Shown piece after piece: positions 29,450 through 39,413 of a stretch of 54,898 bases of DNA. Positions within the stretch are counted from its first letter, which is position 1; the number at the start of each line of letters is the position of its first letter. The notes under the pieces were generated by a model. The model searched no databases, was not told the DNA's origin, and saw only the letters and a list, made by a program, of their open reading frames with translations. The translations under genes and the position numbers were made by a program. Source of the DNA: Nitrososphaeraceae archaeon (GTDB lineage Archaea > Thermoproteota > Nitrososphaeria > Nitrososphaerales > Nitrososphaeraceae); contig JBIOZG010000022.1 of the NCBI GenBank assembly GCA_044870765.1, forward strand, positions 1 to 54,898, in the 5' to 3' direction.

Positions 29450-29740
29450 ATGTTTTACATAATACAATATATGTCAGAAGACTTTACTAAAATGTCGACT
29501 TGTTTATTATGTGATACTAAAATTGATGTAAAATCTGGAATTCAGATTTGTTCTACCTGTGCAATTATAGCAATGCCAGACGAAGATTTTCAAAAACTGT
29601 GTTATATTTCTCTCTTAGAGAATGTAAATTCTAAAGAAATAACTGAGAATGAGCGGATGAGGATTTCTGATTTGTATATTCACTCGACTCAACAAGAGCG
29701 TCCTATAGTACATCCTAAAAGGGAAATGGACAATAGATGA
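29450..29740 (+). CDS. Small zinc-finger-like hypothetical protein
   Basis: CLLC...ICSTC. Confidence 0.65.
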   Translation: MFYIIQYMSEDFTKMSTCLLCDTKIDVKSGIQICSTCAIIAMPDEDFQKLCYISLLENVNSKEITENERMRISDLYIHSTQQERPIVHPKREMDNR

Positions 29741-29891
29741 AAGCAGCCTTAATCAAACACAAATTGTTAGACTGTTATAGCTCCTTTTGGTATTGGTATT
29801 GAATACTTACCATTATGAATCCGGCCGATAATATGACATCTTTAGATGCAGTAAACAGGAAATTATAAAATAAGAGTGAGAATAGTATGGT

Positions 29892-30128
29892 TCAGTCTCT
29901 CTTAAAGGCCTTGGCCTCATCTTTAGTAATGTTGAACCATACTTTATTCCCATCATAACGTACAACTTTATTCTTTGGCAAGTAAAACTTGTCTTTATCA
30001 ACTACTCCTCTTTTTGTAACAACTACCTCTGCGTCTAAATCATGGACTTCGCCCAAATCATAGTCGTCAATTCCTCTTGCTTCCTTTTTTTTGATATCAT
30101 CCCAATCTGTTATTCCACTCATGTACAC
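29892..30128 (-). CDS. Small PRC-barrel-like protein
   Basis: DWDDIKKKEARGIDDYDLGEV...FYLPK..V.RYDG..VWF. Confidence 0.75.
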   Translation of the reverse strand: MYMSGITDWDDIKKKEARGIDDYDLGEVHDLDAEVVVTKRGVVDKDKFYLPKNKVVRYDGNKVWFNITKDEAKAFKRD

Positions 30129-30397
30129 TTTAATGCAACATCTAATATAAGACTTAAAATCTCACATCTTTGAATTCTCATTTCAAGTTACTAACTGGAT
30201 GCCCGAAAGCCTCAATAGCTGACTCCTTTAATAAAGATCAGTGCTATATTTTGATATATTTCTAGTTTGCCGACCAACTATGAATGAGGCCTAATAGATG
30301 AGTTTAGTAAGGCAGAATAAAAGGCGGAATAAAAAGGTGGAGAAACGAGATTATTAACACCTCACTTGTTCCTTACAATAAAAAAAGGGATTTTGCA

Positions 30398-33049
30398 TTG
30401 ACAAGTGAGCCCAAAGGTCGGATCAAAAATTACGACACAAATACAAAGTTAAGAAATTTTGTCGTGCAAAAACATGAAGCAAGACGATTACACTATGACC
30501 TTAGATTAGAGTCCGAAGATGGAGTTCTTAAATCGTGGGCCGTACCTAAAGGGCCTTCAATGGATCCTGAAATTAAGCGCTTAGCCATCATGGTAGAAGA
30601 TCATCCTTTTGACTACCTGCATTTTGAAGGAAGTATACCTGAAGGAAATTATGGGGCAGGAACAGTAATAGTTTGGGATACTGGCAGTTATAGTAGTGAT
30701 AGCCCACTTTCAGAGCAGATAAATAAAGGAAAAGTAACCGTTGAACTTTACGGAAACAAACTGAGGGGCTTATTCTATCTAATAAGGACTAAAAAAAACA
30801 ACCAATGGTTACTGATTAAGATTAAGGATCAGTATATATCAGCCGATGACATTACTTCAACGCAGCCCGAATCTGTCCTTACCGGAAGATCTAACTCGGA
30901 TATTGAATTTAAGCACAGATCTCAAAAGTCTAACAAGAGATATTCAGAAGATAAGATTATTACAAGCGCAAGTACTTCTATTAGTAATAAAAGCGAAATA
31001 GAATCCCTTTTCCAGAATATAAGACCAATGTTGGCTTCGCCTCTTGACAAAGCATTTAACAACAAAGATTGGGTCTTTGAAGTCAAGTGGGATGGAGTTA
31101 GAGCAATTTTATTCAAGGGAAAAAAAGGAATCAGGATCCAATCGAGAAATGGTAATGACATAACAAAAAGGTATCCTGAAATAGTAAATTCGGCAAGAAT
31201 TTCTCTTAGAGATTGTGGTTCCGTAATAGTTGACGGTGAAATCGTTGTCCTAAATGAGCAAGGACTTCCGGATTTTAACACTCACCAACATCGAATGAAT
31301 ATACAGGACCCTAATGAAATAATGGCACTTTCCGTAAAGTTTCCATCAACGTATTATGCTTTTGATATACTTTACAAAGATGACAAAAATGTAAAAGGAT
31401 TAGCATACTTGGACCGGAGACATTTGCTACTAAAAGCATTGAAAACTAATGACGCAATTAGAATATCTGATTATATCGAAGAAAAGGGAATTGAAATACT
31501 GAGAAAAAGTAACGAATTGAAATTGGAAGGCATCGTAGCCAAACACAAAACGAGCCTGTACCAGGAAGGCGTGAGATCTAAAGACTGGCTAAAGATAAAG
31601 AACACAAAAACTCAGGATTGTGTAATTATAGGCTATACAAAAGGGATGGGGAATAGAGTCAATTATTTTGGTTCATTAGTACTCGCAATATACTGTCCAA
31701 AAGAAAAGAAATTAAAGTTTGCCGGCCATGTAGGAACAGGATTTGATGACGAGATCCTTGGTGTGATACATTCTAAATTAAAAAATCTTGAGGCAGATAC
31801 CGTACCAGTAGACAAAGTTCCATATCTTAATAGGGAGACTAAATGGTTAAGACCCGTACTGATAGCAGAAGTTAAGTTTGGCGAATGGACTAAAGATGAC
31901 ATCCTTAGAGCGCCGGTTTTTTTACGATTTCGTGAAGATAAGAACGCCGAAGAATGTATTATCGAAGCGGATAATGTAACTAAGGATCGTTCCGAATTAG
32001 ATAATGAAGTAGAAACTAGAAAAAATAGGAATGCTAGGAAAAAAGGTATCAATTGTACTGGTATCGACAAGATGAAGGTTACAAACCCAGACAAGATTTA
32101 TTGGAAGGCGACGAAAGATCATCAGCCAATATTAAAAAGAGATTTAATAGAATATTATGAAAAAATAAGTGACTATATACTGCCTCATTTGAGGGATAGG
32201 CCGCTTTCTTTAAGCAGATATCCTAATGGAATTTACGGCAAGTCCTTCTATCAGAAGGATTGGAACCAAAAAAAACCAAATTTTGTTTCTACGGCCAAAG
32301 TTCATTCTGAACATAAGGGCAATATCATCAATTATATCATATGCAATAACATCGAGACCCTTTTGTGGATTACTAACTTGGGTTGTATAGAAATGCATCC
32401 TTGGTACAGTAGGATTAAGGATTTTGAGAGCTGTAATAGTTCTACTTTGTTGTACGAAGAAAAATGTGGTTTGAATTTTCCGGATTTTATTGTCTTTGAT
32501 CTTGATCCGTATATTTACTCTGGTAAAGAAAAAAAAGGGCAAGAGCCAGAATACAATATTCCTGGTTTTAAAGCGGCAGTTGATATTGCTCATGAACTCA
32601 ACCACATACTCAGCGAGCTAAAGATAAGGTCATATTTGAAAACATCTGGAAAATCAGGATTGCATATTTATGTTCCTATTTCAAATATATATTCCTATGA
32701 GCAGACAAAAAGTTTCGCCGAAGTTATAGCCAAAATGATTATTTCAAAATTTCCAAAAAAGGTAACATTAGAGTGGAGCACTTTAAAGAGGAAGGGAAAA
32801 ATATTCTTTGACTATAATCAAAATGCCAGAGGCAAAACGATTGCCTCAGTATTTTCCTTGAGACCGACTCTAAATGCAACCGTTTCGATGCCCATAGAAT
32901 GGAAAAAATTAGATTCTAGCTTTCCAACAGATTTCACGATTTCCTCCGCACCTGAAATCATAAGAAAAAATAATGACTACTGGCAAAATGTTCTATCTGA
33001 TAAACAAGATTTGAGAAAAATAATTTCTCAGGTTGACGAACTTCTGTGA
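30398..33049 (+). CDS. ligD: NHEJ DNA ligase D (phosphoesterase-ligase-polymerase)
   Basis: PE domain FVVQKH..RLHYDLRLE..SWAVPKGP..VEDHP; ligase EVKWDGVR and EGIVAK; polymerase FDLDP, KTSGKSGLHI, DYNQN. Confidence 0.95.
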   Translation: MTSEPKGRIKNYDTNTKLRNFVVQKHEARRLHYDLRLESEDGVLKSWAVPKGPSMDPEIKRLAIMVEDHPFDYLHFEGSIPEGNYGAGTVIVWDTGSYSSDSPLSEQINKGKVTVELYGNKLRGLFYLIRTKKNNQWLLIKIKDQYISADDITSTQPESVLTGRSNSDIEFKHRSQKSNKRYSEDKIITSASTSISNKSEIESLFQNIRPMLASPLDKAFNNKDWVFEVKWDGVRAILFKGKKGIRIQSRNGNDITKRYPEIVNSARISLRDCGSVIVDGEIVVLNEQGLPDFNTHQHRMNIQDPNEIMALSVKFPSTYYAFDILYKDDKNVKGLAYLDRRHLLLKALKTNDAIRISDYIEEKGIEILRKSNELKLEGIVAKHKTSLYQEGVRSKDWLKIKNTKTQDCVIIGYTKGMGNRVNYFGSLVLAIYCPKEKKLKFAGHVGTGFDDEILGVIHSKLKNLEADTVPVDKVPYLNRETKWLRPVLIAEVKFGEWTKDDILRAPVFLRFREDKNAEECIIEADNVTKDRSELDNEVETRKNRNARKKGINCTGIDKMKVTNPDKIYWKATKDHQPILKRDLIEYYEKISDYILPHLRDRPLSLSRYPNGIYGKSFYQKDWNQKKPNFVSTAKVHSEHKGNIINYIICNNIETLLWITNLGCIEMHPWYSRIKDFESCNSSTLLYEEKCGLNFPDFIVFDLDPYIYSGKEKKGQEPEYNIPGFKAAVDIAHELNHILSELKIRSYLKTSGKSGLHIYVPISNIYSYEQTKSFAEVIAKMIISKFPKKVTLEWSTLKRKGKIFFDYNQNARGKTIASVFSLRPTLNATVSMPIEWKKLDSSFPTDFTISSAPEIIRKNNDYWQNVLSDKQDLRKIISQVDELL

Positions 33050-33200
33050 ACATTTGAGACGTTCTCTTGAATTTTAATTAGAGCTATAGAACGTCATAGA
33101 GTTTACATCTTGAATTGATTATTGAATACAATATATTACAATATCATTCTGAAAAAAGAGGATCTTTCAGATGTTGATGTCGTAATAAAGAAATTCGGTC

Positions 33201-33647
33201 CTATTTCCTCTTTACATTCTTCCGACTGTTTTTAATATCCTTACCTAACTTAGTAACTTCTTTTACACTGTCAACTTGAATATCATCACTTCCTGTTATA
33301 AAAGAGCTTATTGTAGGAGTTGCTTCTCTACCCAGGCTAACAGCCTTTTTACCCTTTCTTAGTATAGATAATGTTAGACCTTTTGAATTCAGTATTTCTC
33401 CTAATTTCTTGGCAGTCTTAAGGCCATCGAATATTCCTACACTGGTATCACTTTCTGCCAAACCAAATATCGAAGGATCTTCAATATCAAGAAGAACTGT
33501 ATTGCCATCTAAAGCGAGCGATAAGGCCGGCCTTTTTTTTATTTGTATGCTAATTTTTCCTTTAATACATTTCAAACCTTCAACTACATTATTCATTGCT
33601 GAAGTTTGTGGATCTAAATTTGAATCAGCAGATACAGTTGCGTTCAA
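33201..33647 (-). CDS. Hypothetical protein
   Basis: An in-frame TTG at 33647, just after the upstream stop, removes the overlap seen in the ORF track. Confidence 0.7.
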   Translation of the reverse strand: MNATVSADSNLDPQTSAMNNVVEGLKCIKGKISIQIKKRPALSLALDGNTVLLDIEDPSIFGLAESDTSVGIFDGLKTAKKLGEILNSKGLTLSILRKGKKAVSLGREATPTISSFITGSDDIQVDSVKEVTKLGKDIKNSRKNVKRK

Positions 33648-33649
33648 AT

Positions 33650-33925
33650 CTATTCCATGCTGTTTGACTTGTCTAAAAGTTGAGTCGAGAAAATGAATTT
33701 GCCATTTATCTTCCACTTTGCGCTGCCCAGATTCCTTCCATCGGGACCAGTTGCTTTAGGCACATCGATTTCAAAATTCTCAAAATTATATGTAACATCC
33801 ATATTCTTACCGGTTAGTTTATCCACAACTTCTTTTAATATGTCAGACCAGTGGGAGACATTTTGCTCGATTTTATCTCCTTTTTGTTTTGTAATCTCTA
33901 ATGTTTCTTTCGTCGTGTTTTCCAT
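33650..33925 (-). CDS. Hypothetical protein
   Basis: 91-aa ORF with TATA about 25 bp upstream; probably operonic with the next gene. Confidence 0.75.
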   Translation of the reverse strand: MENTTKETLEITKQKGDKIEQNVSHWSDILKEVVDKLTGKNMDVTYNFENFEIDVPKATGPDGRNLGSAKWKINGKFIFSTQLLDKSNSME

Positions 33926-34201
33926 ATAAAATTACAATCTACATTCCTTATATCAATTACAAAAAGAAATTACTATGCATAAAAGAGGAAAATGATGTTC
34001 TTTATCATTCAAAGACAATTTTAGATGTCCTCTGAGCGATTAGGAGAGTTTTTCGTTCTTTTTCGTTCTTTGACGCATTTTCGAAAATCACGAACACAAT
34101 AAGCAGTATGAATTCTTAGTACGAATATTGGTAACATTAAAGTGTGCGTCCAAAAGATAAATGGATAAGAAAGGAAATGTAGTAAAAATAATTTTTAATA
34201 A

Positions 34202-34741
34202 CTAGTTAGCTGTTGGTTGTTGCTGATCATTTCCCATTGTCATTACCTTGGATCTAATAGAAATCAATGATTGGTCAATTTGATATAGGGCCAGTTTGTC
34301 CCTTCCGACTATTTCAAACTTTTGCAGAATGGTTTCAAACAATGTTTCTTCTTCTATCTGTTCGCTAACAAACCATTGTAAGAAAGAGTAGGTAGCACGA
34401 TCTTTTTCATTTTCTGCAACCTCTACTAAATTATTAATAAGTCCAGTAACCGTCTGCTCGCTTTTTAGGCCAGCTTGGAAAGTAGACTCTAGTGAATCGA
34501 AATTAGCCTGAGGTTTTTCTATTGCTGGAATAATCGGTTCTACTCCAGAATTATTGAGGAAATGAATGAACTTTAACATATGTCTATGTTCCTCATTGGC
34601 CTGTTCAAAGAAGAATGCAGCACTTCCATCATATCCAGTTCTTTCACACCACGATCCAATAGCAATGTACGCATGGACAGCGGATGCTTCATAAGCTATT
34701 TGATTATTAATTGCCTCTGTCATTTGTGATGAAATTCTCAT
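34202..34741 (-). CDS. ftnA: Non-heme ferritin
   Basis: INNQIAYE..A..AY, EEHRHMLKF, FLQWFVSEQIEEE ferroxidase motifs; start taken at MRISSQM. Confidence 0.9.
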   Translation of the reverse strand: MRISSQMTEAINNQIAYEASAVHAYIAIGSWCERTGYDGSAAFFFEQANEEHRHMLKFIHFLNNSGVEPIIPAIEKPQANFDSLESTFQAGLKSEQTVTGLINNLVEVAENEKDRATYSFLQWFVSEQIEEETLFETILQKFEIVGRDKLALYQIDQSLISIRSKVMTMGNDQQQPTAN

Positions 34742-35057
34742 TGATAATCTTGGGATGATTGACATATCTATATTTTTGGAAATTGATCTTAACATCATGA
34801 ATTTACGCTTTAGATTATTTTCTAAGTGATTATTATCAGAAAATAATTGGTCGACAAAACACCCTGGTCTTTCTGTGTTCCTATCGTGATAGTGAGTCCT
34901 ATTGCACCTATTACAGTATCTTTAATTGAAATGGCACCATTTACCTCGTTCCTGTCACTGCCTTACCTTTGTGCAGATTGTAAAACATATTCATTGTAAG
35001 AATCCCAAAATCTGGAAAAAGTAAGATAAATTAGACCGAAGCCTGGAGGTACTATCC

Positions 35058-35189
35058 TTGGAAAGAGAAGAGGTCGCTGAATCAAATAAATGTCGTGAAT
35101 GTAATCACGAAAGAGAATTTCATTTTACTGATGAGCAAGGATATAATGGTTGCAGAAAGTGTCATTGTCTCGGATACCTAGAGAAATAA
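35058..35189 (+). CDS. 43-aa Cys/His microprotein (TTG start; not in ORF track)
   Basis: MEREEVAESNKCRECNHEREFHFTDEQGYNGCRKCHCLGYLEK*; GGAGGT Shine-Dalgarno 7 nt upstream. Confidence 0.8.
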   Translation: MEREEVAESNKCRECNHEREFHFTDEQGYNGCRKCHCLGYLEK

Positions 35190-35519
35190 TTGTCTCTTGT
35201 TTTACCAATCCTCGGATGACGTTGAGTCTGGATAATTTTTAAATGATGGTATCGTAAATCAATCGAATTAGAAAATCGATCAGCATAATATTTTGTGATT
35301 AATCATCACGAAAGAGGAAACGGCAGTACAGTTTACTAAAACAGCTTTATTCAACCTATGGCCAAGGAAGTTTAAAAAAAAGTCGAGATAGTTCATAATT
35401 CGCAAGATGGTCTTTCACAAGGTATTAATGATAACTAAACTAATAGTAGTATCAAAATTCTGAATTATTTTAGATATTTTTTTCTTTGAAAACTTAACTA
35501 TTTTTGTGTTCTAGATAAT

Positions 35520-35768
35520 TTGATGGATTACAAACGAATGCGTCTGATATGTACAACTTTGTCAATTGCACTGTTTATACTAAATATGATGATTCCAAAT
35601 GGAGCATTACGAACCGAAGCTGCGAAATCAATCCCATCTAACGATTGGTGTTACGTATCGGCATTTCCCGAAGACCGATGGGTATGCTTCCAAGATCATG
35701 ACGAGTGTAATAAAGCATACGCATTAGACATTTTCAAATTAGATTCCTGTCTAAAAGATAACTACTAA
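35520..35768 (+). CDS. Small secreted Cys-rich protein
   Basis: Signal peptide ending near EAA; four Cys in the mature part (WCY..VCF..ECNK..SCL). Confidence 0.7.
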   Translation: MMDYKRMRLICTTLSIALFILNMMIPNGALRTEAAKSIPSNDWCYVSAFPEDRWVCFQDHDECNKAYALDIFKLDSCLKDNY

Positions 35769-36109
35769 ACCAATAATCATGCCCAAATTTTCTGTCTACA
35801 TAGAAATTTCAAAAAAATTGAAATCTATGGCTGTTAGTGTTCAAAATTTATTGTTGAAATTTCCCTATCCAATATATCATAAAATTGGTAACATGAGTAG
35901 CAGACTGCAATAAAGTTGCCCTAAATCAAAATAGCCATTTTACTAGGCAAGGTCGTCTTCCATTAATAATATGGGCATCAACTTATTAGCCTTCGAACAC
36001 AAAACACAAATTTAGATTCTATATTCAACGATGTGACTTGATATTAAAACAAACGCCACACTCAAATGGATAATTGTGAATAACGAATCAGTAATACATA
36101 TTAAATCTA

Positions 36110-37771
36110 TTGAGAGCTTTTATTATTATTACCTTGAATTTGGCAAATACCAGAATATTTTTTGTTTTTATTCTAGTCTTTGTTCTTGCCGCTGTCCTTA
36201 TTAACTCTACTCCATTAGGCTCATATGCATATGCATCGAAAGATGAATTGACAAGTAGGCAACCCATCAATGGAGTTGCCATGAAAGGAGCTTTTGTCAA
36301 TATGAAACAGCATGACGAGCGCTGGCTTTCGGTTCCACCGAATTACATTGAGAATAGCTTGAGAATGATTTCAGGTGCGGGTTTGAATCATGTAAGGATA
36401 GTTTTCTACTGGGAAGCTTATGAAAGAGATCCCGTGGCTTTCATAAAGGAAATACAATCAATAGCCACAGCAGGAGATAAGTACGGACTAAAAATCATTT
36501 ATGACAATCATCAGTGGCACACTTCTTCATGGCTTGAAGCGAGAGGAACAGGTTTTCCTTGGTCTTTATTTGAAGATTCAAAATATTCCAAAGGAGGTGG
36601 TGGTAATACTCAAGATAAAGCAGCTCAACTCTTTTGGAAGGACTGGTGGAACAGATCCGTCAAAGATAAGCAAGGAAATGATGGCTGGACACTAATGGCA
36701 GATTATCTAAAGAAAATAGTATTGGCAGTCGATAATCATTCAAGTACTCTAGGTTACGAAATCCTAAGCGAGCCACACGTTGACACTAAACAACAATGGA
36801 CTAAAATAGGCAAATTTAATAGCTTTATTACTGCAGAGTTGAGAAATATTACCAGTAAAACGATAGTCTATAGCATGAATGTTCCAGTAGACTTGAATAG
36901 CCAGATTAGCATCTCACCAAAAAACTTGGCAAAAATGGCACCCTCGTCTAAGGATAATATCGCTTTCAAAATAAGTGTGTACGGAATTCCTAATGGAGAT
37001 GGGTATCAGGAGAAGAGATTCGACTTGTTTTTGAAAACAAGGGACTTGACTGGAATTCCATTATACATTGGAGAGTGGAATAATGTTGTAAGGACAAAAG
37101 AAGGCGGTGTATCCAAACTCAATCCAGATTTGAGTGAGCTTACTAAAACGGATGCGAAAAAAATACTCGGAGCTTTGAAGAAAGAAAAAGTATGGGGAAC
37201 GGCTTTTTGGAGATGGGATTATCAGCCAGTGATTACGGATAATTTTAACTTGGTTTCTGACAAGAGCGGCAAATTAGTGCCCACCAAATACTTTGGTATC
37301 TTAAAAGACACAGTGAAAAAGGTTTATGGTTCTTCTGGCAGTACATCAACCGATTTTACAACTCCTGTCGGAACATCAAGTATCGATCATGGTCAACAAA
37401 CCAAATTTATTAACGAGCTTGTAAGAACTGGTAAATTCACAGAAGCTGAAGCCAAACAATTCGTATCAAGAATAATCCAGGATGGAGCCAACGATACTTC
37501 AATTTCAGATGTTACCGAGTCATTTAATAATCAAACCAATCCTGAAGAGTATGAAAATCTCAAAGAACTAGTCGATGACATAAAAAATAACGTTATAGAT
37601 ATTGAAGAGTTATCCTTAAAGACTTTCCAAGATTCCGCTGCTTATAAAGGGGCAGATATACAAACTCAAAATTGTATAGACCTAGCAGGGAAAATAGGAG
37701 ACAATCTTGGTGACCAAGAAATCGTGCGATGTTCTGAAGATGCTAACTATTATCAAAATAAACTATTCTAA
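36110..37771 (+). CDS. Secreted clan GH-A (GH5-like) glycoside hydrolase with acidic C-terminal extension
   Basis: GLNHVRIVFYWE, IIYDNHQ, GYEILSEP (acid/base), PLYIGEW (nucleophile), FW.W. Confidence 0.8.
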   Translation: MRAFIIITLNLANTRIFFVFILVFVLAAVLINSTPLGSYAYASKDELTSRQPINGVAMKGAFVNMKQHDERWLSVPPNYIENSLRMISGAGLNHVRIVFYWEAYERDPVAFIKEIQSIATAGDKYGLKIIYDNHQWHTSSWLEARGTGFPWSLFEDSKYSKGGGGNTQDKAAQLFWKDWWNRSVKDKQGNDGWTLMADYLKKIVLAVDNHSSTLGYEILSEPHVDTKQQWTKIGKFNSFITAELRNITSKTIVYSMNVPVDLNSQISISPKNLAKMAPSSKDNIAFKISVYGIPNGDGYQEKRFDLFLKTRDLTGIPLYIGEWNNVVRTKEGGVSKLNPDLSELTKTDAKKILGALKKEKVWGTAFWRWDYQPVITDNFNLVSDKSGKLVPTKYFGILKDTVKKVYGSSGSTSTDFTTPVGTSSIDHGQQTKFINELVRTGKFTEAEAKQFVSRIIQDGANDTSISDVTESFNNQTNPEEYENLKELVDDIKNNVIDIEELSLKTFQDSAAYKGADIQTQNCIDLAGKIGDNLGDQEIVRCSEDANYYQNKLF

Positions 37772-38111
37772 TACCAATGACAATAACAACACTGATGGTA
37801 CCGGTGTCCAAGAAGATTCACCGTAAAGCCATGATAGGTAGAAATTTACCACACCCGAATCCAACACTGCATGAAGGGCAGTGATTTCAAAATCTTTACC
37901 AAAATCAAATACTACATTGATGAATTTAATAGAAATCTCTATTCCTCTTCCTCAAAAGAGATGGAGAATTGATATAGATATTGGATATATGGTAACCTTG
38001 GGTTGATTATCAAGTATACCAGAAAATATAGCGCTGGCCATCCCATTAATTTCTCACTAAATCTGTAGGTTTACTAGTAGATTTAAGTAAGGTCATTCAT
38101 ATCAAATCAAT

Positions 38112-38510
38112 ATGTTAGGTGAAATAATTGGAGAAATGAAAGGTAACGTATCAGGTCAAAGAGTTACGGATATTGAAGGTCCTACAATTGAAACAAGTAT
38201 ATCGGCAAGTGGAAGCCTTAGAGGAGTACAAGTTACTGAATTACTAACCTATATCGCAAGCCCTTCTTCTAATAGAATGTTGCGTGGAATCGGTAATGGA
38301 ATAATTAGAACTTTGGACGGAGAAATTACAACGTATACTGGTGAGGGAATTGGGCGATTTAATTCCTCGGGTGTACTAAAATGGCGAGGAGCAATATTTT
38401 TTCAGACTTCGGAGGGCAAATTGGAATCCCTTAATAATGTAGTAGGAGTGTTCGAAGCAGAGGTTGACATCGCAGGCAATTTCGTAGACAAGACGTGGGA
38501 GTGGAAGTAA
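38112..38510 (+). CDS. Hypothetical beta-barrel protein
   Basis: 132-aa Gly-rich beta ORF with TATA about 25 bp upstream. Confidence 0.8.
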   Translation: MLGEIIGEMKGNVSGQRVTDIEGPTIETSISASGSLRGVQVTELLTYIASPSSNRMLRGIGNGIIRTLDGEITTYTGEGIGRFNSSGVLKWRGAIFFQTSEGKLESLNNVVGVFEAEVDIAGNFVDKTWEWK

Positions 38511-38608
38511 ACGTCGTAATCTTCCAAATTAAATAAAGGACTATTTTATTCTTCCAAGTGTTTTTTAACCCGAAAATAATCCTCAGTTTATAGGCTTGTC
38601 GAATAACT

Positions 38609-38678
38609 TTCAATATTATATGAAGTAAACGTTACTAATAGCATTCAATATTGAATGAAGTAAACGTTACTAATAGCA
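38609..38678. repeat. 35-bp tandem duplication (2 mismatches) with a 16-bp palindrome at the junction
   Basis: TTCAATATT(AT/GA)ATGAAGTAAACGTTACTAATAGCA x2; CATTCAATATTGAATG at 38642-38657. Confidence 0.95.
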
Positions 38679-38686
38679 CAAATAAT

Positions 38687-38926
38687 TTACTCATTCTGCA
38701 ACAGCTTCATTTTCTGCTTTTCAAGTTGAAATTGACACAATAAATCATTTGGAGTATATTTACATTCTGGGGGAATAGAGTCAGGATTGGGAAAAACAGC
38801 TGTAGATCTATTCTGCAAATTCTTGTTTTGTAGATTTTCAGTTTTGAAATAACCAATACCGAATACAATAAAGAAAACAATTCCAAGTATTACAAAAATG
38901 AATATAAGTATGACACCCAATTGCAA
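38687..38926 (-). CDS. Small single-TM protein with Cys pair
   Basis: TM helix, then PPECKYTPNDLLC. Confidence 0.7.
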   Translation of the reverse strand: MQLGVILIFIFVILGIVFFIVFGIGYFKTENLQNKNLQNRSTAVFPNPDSIPPECKYTPNDLLCQFQLEKQKMKLLQNE

Positions 38927-39202
38927 TTTCCTGATATTCCTATATTATCCAGAGTTATAGAATGGGAGTTATTATTCATTATCATGTGTAATTGACCTGA
39001 AGGAAAATAACGAAGGTTAAATGGACACTCCGGTCTTTTAACATCGGTCATTCTTCTTGCTGTGTTAGTTTCAGGCGTCGATCAGATTTATTTGGGATTC
39101 GTAAAATTGAAGACTTCAATAATCGGATGGATTATGCGGAAAGCGAGCAGCCAAAAGACGAAATAAACCTAGAAACAAAAAAACTTATTGAAGCTGAATG
39201 GA

Positions 39203-39304
39203 TTAGACCAAGTGGGTAACTTTATGACAATCACAAGGACATTCTGCTATATTTCTAACTAAATCTTCAGAAGAACTTTCATGCTCACATTTAGGACATT
39301 TCAT
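39203..39304 (-). CDS. 33-aa Cys/His microprotein (not in ORF track)
   Basis: MKCPKCEHESSSEDLVRNIAECPCDCHKVTHLV*. Confidence 0.75.
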   Translation of the reverse strand: MKCPKCEHESSSEDLVRNIAECPCDCHKVTHLV

Positions 39305-39313
39305 TTTATTATT

Positions 39314-39413
39314 TCACCAATTACTAGTATCATATAAAATTTCATACCAGACCATTCCGACAATAGTTACTGAAGTAAGTATTGCCAAAACTGAGATAAA
39401 AAAGAGGCTTCAT
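39314..39413 (-). pseudogene. Frameshifted small membrane protein
   Basis: Removing one base from the A6 run at 39398-39403 gives MKPLFISVLAILTSVTIVGMVWYEILYDTSNW*. Confidence 0.4.

Noticed and set aside
34826-34965. Minus-strand fragment resembling GlcG/HbpS (..KDTVIGAIGLT..)
   Set aside because: No start codon and too short a similarity to support; at most a decayed remnant.
39012-39166. TM2-like fragment (LAVLVSGVDQIYLG)
   Set aside because: No start codon and only weak resemblance.
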